A stretch of DNA of 64,000 nt. Origin: Phoronis australis. Its lineage: Eukaryota; Animalia; Phoronida. Below the pieces are notes generated by a model. The model saw nothing but the letters and a program-made list of their open reading frames with translations. It did no database searches and had not been told where the DNA came from. The stretch spans positions 744,001 through 808,000 of the forward strand of contig NMRA01000148.1 of the NCBI GenBank assembly GCA_002633005.1. Direction: 5' to 3'. The translations under genes and the position numbers were made by a program. Shown in pieces: positions 28,501 through 40,500 of the stretch (positions are counted from its first letter, which is position 1; each line of letters opens with the position of its first letter).

Positions 28501-31500
28501 TGTCTAATAGCATTTTACAATTATTTAGCTGATCCCTTTGGGTCCAATGAAAATAATTAGGGACTTAGTAGGAAGGTTGCTTGAAAAGGTCGCTAGTTAT
28601 TTTCAATAATATTGTAGCCAAACATTGACTTAGTAATGAAGCTAAAGCAGCATAAGAAATGACAGTGTTTTGACAAGTACGCAGTATATTTAAAGATTTT
28701 AGTTGAGTTCATTTGTGGGGATGTTTCATGCAACCGGCCTTAGGGTCTGTTTCAAAATTTATTTAAGACAGGTGTTTGGCCATATGCTCCTCAAAATTGT
28801 TTCTAAAAACAAATCCCACTAGAGCAAAATTGCAGTCTCCGAATATACGCATAACTTCTAGTTACTGAGATAATGTGTATTATTTACTTCTTTAGTGTGA
28901 TGCACTAATAATTACCTGGTTAACTTGCACGAATTTATCTCAAATTTTCCTTGCCCTGTAATCAACTTGTTTCTACGGTAGAAATCACCTGCGACTGATA
29001 TGAAGCTGCATAGTTGTGAAAAATTTGATAAACCTTGTTACAGAATTGAATTATTTTTTAATAACTTACTTGCCTTTGATGTGAATTGGTGTGATTTGTT
29101 TTATAGATTGTAGTCATTTTCTGTATGGTATGGTTTGAGACTTTTGTGTAGCTGAATAAATGGTTTAATATATTATAAGGAGTGAATTAGGAGGGTTTGA
29201 CTATCCCTTTAAAGTCGTATGCAACACTGTCTTTGAAAACCATTGGTTCATGTTCTGGGTAGAACCTTTTATTTTGTTTCTTCAATACAAGTTAGTGTCT
29301 TGATTACACTGTCATTACGCGGTGGACTGAATGGAATTCATTGATTGCTTCTAAAGGTTGATTCACCCTTGCTTACTTGATTTATAGTAGTTTTGTGAAA
29401 GTTGGCGACTTTAGCGTGACATAATTAATGTGGCGTGGTACATAAAGGTTAATTCTCCTCCCTGCTAAGTTCCAGGCAGAAACTTAAATCTTAAAGAGAC
29501 TTGGAACGTAAAAGCCCATCAAAAATGTCTTTTCCTGACAAAAGTATCGTCCGGTTACCTATTGTCGTCAGGCTCCAAAGGTCGTCCGCCATCTTGTTTC
29601 GCGTGCAGCGCAACCACGCGGGACTTAGCGTTCCAATTTGGAGTGCTCGTGTGCACGTTAGGTACTAACTTATCGGAAGAGACACGTATCAAAGTAATGA
29701 GACAAAAATCGGTGAGTTTACCGATTGTTTTTTAAAACCACTTAAAAATCAGTAGATTTTACTAATACACTTTTTTGTGCGTTTTCAGAAGATGTTTTCG
29801 AATTTAAATTTTCTTCCGACGGGACACAAAACATGATCCAGGGTTTGTTTATGCAATGTATCTGTTTGTCCCAGGCACTAGTAGGATCTAGAAGGCCAAA
29901 GGAAAAATCCGCAGACAAATGCGATACGCTGGGTTCTTAACATTTTTGCCTCACGTTCACCATTAAACTGCATTGAAATGTTGTCCAATTGGCTTTTATT
30001 GGAAACCACAGTGCAGAGCTCAACATCAAAGCTTCAAATCGAGTTTATGTCAATAAAAACAGGCTGTTGCAATTTTCATTACTTCGTTGGCCTTTTTCTG
30101 CATGTTTCTCAGTTTTTACAAAAGGGGGCAGCATATGACGAACTTAGGTGTCACAATAAAATGGCTGCCGAAGGCAGTGCACATTTGAAATAACTCGGCA
30201 CAAATTAAAGAAAACTTCCGAATCGATGAATGCGGTATATCTGTGAGAGTTAAATCGAATCCTATTCAGATCATAACTTTGAAGTGGAATAATTCGGTGT
30301 GTACAACAGCAAGTCGGTTTTATGCTTAGGCGGACGAACATTGGGTTCCCCAGTATATAATCTTGCAACGTCTACTACAGAGTTATTCAGTTTACCCTGT
30401 AAAGGAATTTCCAGAAAAATCACAAAACTCACAATTTTTGAAATATGTGCAAACTTAAGGAACAACTCTGGAGTCACCACAGAGTTTCTGATCTTCCTCC
30501 CACTTGTGTTCACAGTCATGTGACAAACAGCTGACTGACAAGAAGGGTATTAACATCAGATTATCCTGAGTGATTGCACTTCAAATCTGAGGTCAACAGC
30601 ACATTATGAGGCAAGCCAGTGAAGCATGCATTTTCCAAAAATAGTTCCAAGTGCACTTAAGAATATATTTCAATAGGACTATACCTTAAGTTTATAACTA
30701 ATTTTAAACAGTTAGGACTTACATCAATTGCCTCTTAACCTTAGCAGCTGATGCTTGAAGTTTCCATCATATTGTTTACATTAGAGGTCAAAGGTCACAT
30801 TTTCCATATAAGGGAAATGAGCTACAGCCATGTCTTGCCATATTAAATAAGGAGACGTGCTTTGCATGGGAGAAAAATAGACAAAATGACGAGCGCGTGA
30901 AATTAGATACTGAAATAAAAATGCTTTGACATTCACTGAAGTTCAAAATGTTTACGAAGAAACTGTCCAAATACCTGGTGACCAGGTTGAATTCTGTTTC
31001 AGTGGCAGCGAACCACTCTGAATAACGCAAATCAGTGGCGTTCCAAGCCTCTTTAAGACAAGCAATGTTTTCGTTGCACTAGTTGCTATAAACAATTTGC
31101 AATTATGATGCAAAGTGACTTGAATCACATGTTAAAATGAATATAAACCCTCATTCCATCCAAAAAGCACACTTTTCACTAAGACTACTTGGTGCCGTTA
31201 TAGAATTGGACTCATCGTATTCCTTACTCAGATGGGACATTGTTTCTCAGCACTATTCATTGAGACTTTGCTCGGTACATAAAATGACACGTTGTGTCAA
31301 GCCAACTTGTAGTGCCCTCCCAGTTCTTTTGAAATCCGGAAATGACCTCCCAATGTAACTAAAAATATTTTGGGACCAATTTCATAATGATAATTGGTCT
31401 GAATTAAAAGGTTGTTTTTGTAATGGAGCTTGGGTTTATTTCCTCTTTAAATATATCGACCTTTGTCAACTCTTTAGGTGGACAGCAGAGGGCGCAACTT

Positions 31501-34500
31501 CCTTCACATAGCCATTCAAAAGAAGGACATAGAGAGCGTCCTGTTCTTGATCAGTGTTCACGCCAACATCAACTCCCCTGCTCAAGATGCACACAGGTTC
31601 ACACCTCTACACCTTGCTGTACAAGCTGGAGACGAGATTATTGTCAGGAATCTAGTAAGTGTCTTTGGTTGTCACGACTACTGTGCGTTCATGTTCGACA
31701 TGCTAATACTGCTCCCTTTCCCAACCAATCAGAGATGACTGCTAGAGATAGCCCTGCCTGCATACTTAAGATAAGAGGCTCACTTGGCTCCTGCACTTAA
31801 TGGCCCAATTAGAGTTCTTATCTTTGTGATTTAAGTAGCCTTGAAGAATTTGAAAATATTTGAAAACTGGAAAATCTAATGATCAGTTTTCTTGCCTTGT
31901 GTATTTGAGAGGTCTTAGTCATTGTTCGAGTGCGCCGGTTGTCCATTTCAGAGCTCTGACTCTTGTGTTTGAGGGTTTTCGATGTATATCTGAATATCCC
32001 TTACATCTTTGTTTTGAAGACTGGTGGACAGGTCTATCTGTTAGTCCTTTGTATAGTTACTTTGTTTGAATGATGAGTGAGCGTTTACTCTAAATTTGTG
32101 TTTGAGGGCTCTGGTTCTGCCTCTGGGATGCTTTAGTTTGTATTTCGGTGCTCTGAGTCTGTTTCTGGATGTGTGTTTGAGTTCTTGGATTGCATACTCT
32201 TTTTTGAAAAGACAGGCCAAATTAAAAATGTGAAAATTGAATTTAATAGCTTTAAATTGATTGTAGACTTGTCATCCATCACAAAAACCAACTTTTGATT
32301 TAGACCACTTTCCTTTGAGAAATTGGTCTTAAATTGTTCCTTAGTGAAAGTGGAGATGATTGCAGGACTCTGGTGGAAATGACGGCTTGTTATTACTTGA
32401 GATCCGGCTCTACAAGATGGCTTATCACACACGACGTGTCATTAGATGTGTCCAGCGTGGTCTCAACAAACAGAGTACTGCCAGTTCTTTGCTAACTCTG
32501 AAGTCACTTCTCATCTGAGTAGGGTACAAGTTGAGACCACTTTCTTAGCAATAAATGATCTAATTGAAATCAAAAAGTCACTTTTTGTACACAATACGGG
32601 TTTATAGGCACTTCAAATAATAATTTTGATAATTTTACCTACAGTATGGAGTGTTTTTGTTTGAGACTATGCATAACAGATGCATGATTCTCACCTATCC
32701 GTGAAACCTTGAAAAGTTTCTATGTATGGAAAACAAAAAATACTGATTTTTGTGTGAGAAGGAACCCGTGAGAGATGAAAATTGTTTAGAAAACTTGTTG
32801 AGAACTGTGAAAATGCTCGTGGGAGCCATGTATATTGGTAGAAGTGTCGTCATTTGTGTGCTTTTGCAGGTGTTAGCTGGTGCCAGCATTGATGAGGTGA
32901 CCATGAACAAGCAAACAGCCCTGCACCTGGCTGCTGCCAATGATCAGGCCAGTATATGTAGCGTGCTCATAGACAACGGTATTAATGTAGACGCCTTGGA
33001 TGACAATCTCAATAACGGTGGGTTAAACGACGTGCTGTCTAATGTTTTGCACAGGTGCTAGCCTCAACCAGGTTTAGTTCAGGGACAACATTGAGTGCAT
33101 TTCGGGGGAAAACAAAAATGCACCTTCAGTCAAAGATAAAGAACACTGATCTCATGGAAGACACCTGAAAATAATGCTGCCGCATGGCTCAGTTGTTCAA
33201 GCCTGAATGTTCCCTTTTTCTTTCAAGTTGCTGCTAATAAGCAGTGATTAATTTTGAATTTAAATGTGCATAGGTAAACGTATCGGAATAGACTGTAAAT
33301 GGCTATGCACCCGAGCTATTGAAACTAACTATATCGATCTAGACCAGTTGCAGCTGTGAAACTGATCTCGTCTTTTTCCTAATTCAGATGGGAAGCGCTT
33401 TGTGGGCCTGGAAATATTACGGTTCATCATTGCATGAGAGCATGCTTGGGTAATAACATGACTCGGTATGTCAATAAAACTTGTGCGGCCTGATTTGGAG
33501 TAATAACAAAGTGTCAGTTGCTGGCAAACTGAGACGTCACATCTAACGTAATTTGGTCTAATTCAACGAATAATTCAGTAGTGGAAGAAGGCTAGGCTTT
33601 AAACATTTTGAGATCAATGTTATTTAATGTAATTTATGTCATTTAGTTTTGAGTTGGGTTGTTGAATACCTCAACAGGAAAAATGCAGTTCTAAATGCTA
33701 TCTGGTCTTATTCTATGTAACAAAAATATTTGGCAGTAATGCTTCGTATCTGATTATAAATGAGTGATGCAACTCATTTTTCCCATCCAAAATGCATAAT
33801 ACGTGCCTCACAGAAATGACCATCTATACTTTACTGACCATCTATACTTTACTGACCATCTATACTTTACTGACCATCTATACTTTACTTAGTGCTTGAA
33901 TGTGGTGCTGCTCACAGTGTGTCATTGTAGATTGGTCTGAGTTTATAAGCACACTCAATAGGGTTCTGAACAGATCTTGTCTGGCCGGTCCAAATAGACT
34001 CTTGTGCTTTACTTTTAAATTGGTTGGATTACCTTTTAAAGATGGTCTCTCCATTCCGGTCAATTCTGTCTGGCCGCATGGTCAGTAATATTGCAGATTT
34101 GTTTTTGTCCCTTTGGGAGACTTTTCTGGAGACCATTGTAGTTCAGCATGTTGCAATTTAGAATTCAGTGTGTTTTTCTGTCTATTTTAGCTTTACACGT
34201 GGCTGTGCAGGGAGGTAATTTGAACGCAGTGAGGACTTTGCTGACAGAATCACGTGTGAACGCCACAGCAATTAACATGAGGTTGGTAGCGAGTTGTAGA
34301 TCATCAAATGGTATTAGTTTTGTGCCCATTTTCTTGCGCTTTGGAAATTCTGGTGTTAAAACATTCTCAGTTTATACTTTTTGTGCTTAATGCTCCAATA
34401 AACCCACATTCCATCAATAACATTCTCTACAAAGATATAATTCTCTTACTATAAGGTGCCGTCGATGATACAGTCGGTATGGCCACTTTCCAAACACTTC

Positions 34501-37500
34501 CCTTTAGGGCCTTCATACCAACGTTGTTGCGTCAATTGTGGGGAGAGTTGGCCAGTATGAATGGTTAATGTCGGTACTGGATCAAAGTTTACAGCACAAG
34601 TTAACTTCGTTGATGCTTCAATATCATGAACGGCTTACTTCTCATCAGTGTTATTGGCCAGGAGTTATTGGCATGTCAATAGGTGATAACTTTGTTGTGT
34701 GCTTAAAGACAAAGCCGGTCTGAAAGGTTCAACTAACTTTGCAGTCTACATTCATTCGACACTTCTGTAATTAAATTTATATGAAAAAGCTTAGACAATT
34801 AACAATAAATACAATATGTAAGCAGTGACATTAGTGAAGGATCCAAACTGTATTACGATAATTCTTCCCTTAGTTAGCACACTCACTTCATTTCGCTATA
34901 CCAGTTATTTTGAAAACCAACATTTTGCACTTAATCACTTATTTCGCACAAGGTGAGAACTTCTTGCCTCACATAATTCACTCAAACTCAGTTTTGCCCT
35001 GCAATTAATTTTGCAACAAACACCTTTTTAACTGTGTTAACTGTGTTAAAAAGGTCAGAACATCACACTTAATTCATTCCGCTACACGGACATTTCACAT
35101 TGTTATTTACATGTGGTTAAAGGGGTAACCTGGATGAGTGTGGTGTCAAAAAATAGCCATGTGCTCAAAATAGTGTTTCACTTATTATGAGGTAAAGTGC
35201 TCTTGTATTAGAGCCGGATAATGTAACTTAATTACTTTTAATTGGATTACGTTGGCAACCCGTTGTCTTCTTTTCACCAAATTCACTCATGGGCCATTGG
35301 TAATGCTTGGTTAATCAGAATTTCGCACAACTCGTCAACTACAAACTTTTAGTCTGTATACTTATTCAGTTTATTTGACATCAGGAAAGTACATTTAACC
35401 TGTTTTGTGCGAAATATGGGGAGAATTACTGCAACTCACATTCTGCATGTAATTACATGATATGTCGCTTTAATAGATTGAAGCCATTGAAGTGGTGACA
35501 ATACAAATTAATTGGGACCATGTACTGTGGATAAATTTTACTTGTTCAGCTGTGTGATGCATTTTCAAACATACTAAGCTTATGAAACAGTGTTATTGGT
35601 TGTAGCCTCACTCTGACTTTATACAAACATGTAATATTGCTTGCGTAAGTGCCTAGAAACAGAAGAACGGCATTTTTTCAATTACATTTATCTCTCTGTA
35701 TGTTATCAGTGAGCATGTTTTAGCAACACCCAGGTAGCTCTTTACAATCTTGGGTTAATTGCACTCTGCCACATTGATCTCTTTTCCTAGTTTCAATTTT
35801 TTAGCTGAGACGAGGATTGGATGATCTTGAAAATGTCATGCTAAAGTGATCACATTGTGGAAATTTTAATTAAAACAGTAATCAACATGAAACCTGGTAA
35901 TATACTACATTCTGTCAAAGAGGAAGTTTTGATTTAGACCGCGTGCCCTATGAAACTGGTCTCAACTTTTTCCCACTTTGATTAGAGGTGATTTCTGAAC
36001 TTTGCAAGAAGACATTGGCTGTTCATTATTGCTGGTGCCGGTAACAAGAAACTGAGTTCAGTTCATTTTTTATCTTAATTCTTAGTCAAAGCTTGACTGA
36101 TTATTTTGTGTTCCAATAAAGAATCTTAGCTAGGACTGGATGCCTTAATTTGATGTCAGCTCTCACCTTTTTAAGTCGATCTTAAGTTTGTCAAAGTGGT
36201 CACCTGCGTCACTAACTGGGCTTAATTTGACTAGCCAGAAGCAAAATGACTGACCAAGTAGGTTAGTCTCAAGACTAAGCGCTTGTAGCACTAGTTGATA
36301 TGTTGGTTATAATGGTTATGGTGCATAAAGTAACCAACCAATAATCGACTCTTGCCATCCTCTCAATTCTAGTCTCATTTGTTGAGCAATAATGAATTAC
36401 CAGCTCTCTTCTCAAATTAGCCCTTATATCTCTAGTCTGAACCAGGAACAAGTTGATACCAATTTTAAAGATGTGTTGAATGGTCTAAATCAAAACCTGT
36501 TTTTCACAAAAGGCAAAAACATTGCTGCTTTTTACACCAGTGTTTTTAATAAGATTTTTCCACGTATAACTGGTGTATGGGCAGGTCCTCTGCTCTTCGC
36601 CCTCATATAAAATGAATGGTAATAGACTGGTTTCAAGACCTAAAAGTGCTCATGTCCTTACTAAATACTATGTATCTTGCTGATGGATAACATCACATCT
36701 TTAACAACTGTCGTACTCGTCAACTAAACAGATGTTCTTTCAACCTGCATGGCTTCGAAGCTTGACTGCATATCTGTTAAATATGTCACACGTGCACAGA
36801 ACAATTTTTGCTCATGTCCCAACCACACAATGGCGACAGGTGAGCACCACACATATGTTTGGTTGTTTGACTTGATGTATGTGTGCTGAATTTCATTCAT
36901 CTTTACCCAGACATGCTAATGGCTGCTCAAGTTCGATTGTCTTTAAGGAAGTCTTCCAATGGACAATATGTTATTCTCCGTGGGCATTCAAGTGATGCAT
37001 TTATTTGGACTCTCTGGTAGGGTGCTATTTTTGGCCTGGTTTTTAATTCCCGTAGCGCACAGTATGCGTAAATGGTCAAATATGGTACTTGGTAACTGTT
37101 ACCACTTCTTCACTCACCAAGTTCTCTGGTCATATTTTAAACTCTCGTTTTGAGTTTTTCTGGGCATGCCACATTCTCCGATTTCCCGTTCTCTTGCTCA
37201 TGTTGTCCTCTTGACGTTGTTAGCTGTCCCTCTCTGCCTGAACTGGATTGATGTCCTGTGCTCCCAGTACGTCGTAACTTCCTAACAAGCTGAAGCAGTG
37301 ATCTCTTGGCTGATTTATCCCGTGCAATGTAGATTACTGGCATACAGACAGAGCTGAATGCTGCCAGCGCAGTGGCACACTGCAACCAGTTGATCAGGGC
37401 GACATCTTTTGTGATGTCTACTTGCTGCAGCTTTGAGTGTTGCACAATGATGGTGTTGAAGGCAAACGGCAGCCAACATAGGGCATATGAGTCAATGATC

Positions 37501-40500
37501 ACAGCTATGGTAGCCTTGCTTTTGAAAGTCATTTTGTTGGTTTGTGCTGCTGCTTCTGCCATCTGTTGGTGCCGCCTGAGTTGAAGGCACACCCCCGTGT
37601 AGGTGATCACTATCAAGACAAACACCAGTGAAGAGATGATGGCTAAAACGGTCATGACTATTTCCAGATTATATTCATATTGTTTGCTGCTGGAAATTAA
37701 GAACAGGTAAACAAGCATTTCAGCATTTGGGAACAACCAGGTTAAGCTAATCCAGATTCGCACTCGCTTCTTGGTGACTATTAACGGATAATGCATGGGC
37801 TTCCAGGAAGCGATCAACAAATCAAACGTCATCGCTCCGAGTGTCATAACTTCGATGTAAAGAGCCACCATCGTACAACACCGTTTAAATACTTCAAAAA
37901 GGGTCATGTAGTCTTCCATTTCAAAGGGCACACCATATATACCAATCCAGCGAGCACACACTGTGGTTGGGCGACCGATCGCAAAAGTCAGCACCGAAGC
38001 AGACATGACCAGGCCAGCTACTGATAGGCTGAACAATAATCCAATCATTGCTTTCTTCTTTTTGATGTTTATTAAGATAACTATGGCTGTTATGTTGACA
38101 AAAGTTCCCGTAACTCCAATGCCTTCTGTGGCAATGTGTAGCCCCATTATGTCCATGCATACCTGTTGGGTTTCGTTAGTGCCATTTGTTAAACGAAACA
38201 TGTCTATAACTGTGCTTTTCCTCACTACAGTTGGCTTGTACCGTCTACAGCTTTACTACGGTCATGGCAGTAAGTTAAAGAAGGTGCAGTGCTGTTTATT
38301 CAAATTCTCTGTGATATTTACTCCAGACCTTAAAAAGATTGAGAATCACTTGATTTGGATCACAGTGTGACATTTTCCTGATGTGATGGAGGTTTCTCTT
38401 TTCACTTTTGTTAGTGACCATTATTTATCGAATTATGAGAGTACAGGTTGAGCTGTCTACTCGGCTCTACTTTCTTGCTTTCACAACCAGTGGATATTCT
38501 GCTTCCCGCATAGATGTAGGTGAATCTTCTAAAAATTTACTAAAATTAGCTGATCTTATGCTTCAATTTCATAATCTAGTCTCAAAAGGAATTCTGATCT
38601 GAATACAATGTCAGATAACTTGAGCCCGCTAGCTTCTCGCTTTGCCTTTTTTCTTACCTTGTTTGGCCAACTATAAGCCTGTGTCTTGCTGTCTCTCTGT
38701 TTATGTCATCCACCGTGTTGCGTCTTAAATTTCGCTAGATTACCGTAACGTGACATGTCATAATTCAACTTTCTCCGTTGGGAAATCACTGATTATGAAG
38801 TTCCTCATCTTGAAGAAAGAATTAATGTAGACATAAACTTTGGTATTTTGTTGTTGACATTTAAAGTGCAAATTTTAGACATGCGCAAGGTATGGAATCA
38901 GCTTGTCAGCCCTAGTACTTGGCATTAATTGGTAACATTTTATTTGAGCAAATTTACTTTTAATCTATTAGTTGAGTACTTGCTTCCTGTTGTGTATAAG
39001 CAGTAGTGTTTAAGGTGTCACCAACCTTTTAATGAAGATAAATGTTCCAGGTGATCTTCAACTTAAAAGTAATTACGTTGAAGCTACGTTAAGATCAACA
39101 TTCAGGATTTTATTGTAGAAAAATAGATTTCAGTAATTACCAGTCGGATTATAGTGCAGAAATTGTGTACAAATACTGCTGTGACAGTAATAAAAACGGA
39201 TGGCATCATGGTGATTAATGGCTATAGTTGTGGCAATAAAATACTCACAGTTCTCATACTGGATTGTGAGCTCGACTATATTTGGTGTGGGGTACACCTG
39301 GAAAAATAGGATACCCACCCAGTTAAAGAGTGGACACGTCAATAACTGGTATGTCTTTTGCATCCAAAATTCTAAGAAATTAATAAAAACATTTCTTTTC
39401 TTTAAAGAACTTTGAACTTTGTGAATGCTTCTTCAACAAGAAAGTTTTTCAATTGGCCTTCAGTAAGGGAACAGTGTTGTTTGGAACACCCTTTTCAAAT
39501 GTAACAATAACAAAATGTTATGCAGGACTTATTTATAATGTGATTTATTTATTATAGCAGATCATAATAGCAGGTACCACATTTGTATCGTTGGACTAGA
39601 ATTGTTACAAAACACCAAATATGGAGAATTCAACAGTGTGTGGAAACTAAGGTTACTGAGTTAAGAACTTAATTGAGGCGCTCAAAGGCCATAGGCCCAC
39701 AGCACAGTTGTACACAAAGTTATATACATTATTTACATATGCGTAGTACACAATATAGAAATTAAATACACAGCAAAAATTAGTTACTGACATTCTTCTA
39801 AGAGCTTTGTCCTTGTGTTACAGAGTTTTTGTCCTGCAATAGTTTTATTTATAGTATGTATCAACCCACTATATTCAATAAAGTTTTATTTATAATATGT
39901 ATTAACCCACTATATTCAATAAAGTTTTATTTATAATATGTATCAACCCACTATATTCAATAAAGTTTTATTTATAATATGTATTAACCCACTATATTCA
40001 ATAAAATTTTATTTATAATATGTATCAACCTACTACATTCAATTAAGTTTTGTTTATAATATGTATTAACCCACTATATTTGATTTTGTTATTTTGCACA
40101 TAATTTTGTTTTAATAATTAATATGTATAGTCATAAAACAAACTTGGAGAGAAAAAATATATATAAATAATCCTTCAGTATATAATTTTAGTTGCGAAAG
40201 GAAACTTTTACAGAGTTTAAACTCCTAAAGTGAACGTTTTGGAGGGAATTAAAATCGGAAAAGGCACCTTTGTGTGGAATTTTGTTTTGTAAACGACACT
40301 CTTTCGTAAGAAAACTGATTGTGAAAATGTCAGCCATCTGAGCAGCACATGCCATATACCTCTCCCCTAGGGGAGTGCCCCTGGGTTGTGAGCCTGTTGC
40401 AGCTGCTTGTGTTTCATTAGGATACTTAGTAACGCCTATGTTGCCCAAATTTCTCGGTCAATCTTCTTCGTCTTTGTCCAACATCACAATGTGGCTATAT

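Noticed and set aside
31860-32460. Possible decayed LINE 5' end/ORF1 on the minus strand
   Set aside because: Composition is suggestive, but there are many stops and no recognisable domain or boundaries
38202-38225. ORF-track start of the GPCR at 38225
   Set aside because: It is a GTG codon; the first in-frame ATG is at 38201, just before the glycosylation sequons
39836-40082. Regular ~41-bp array as a possible CRISPR
   Set aside because: Head-to-tail units without unique spacers, eukaryotic context, no cas genes
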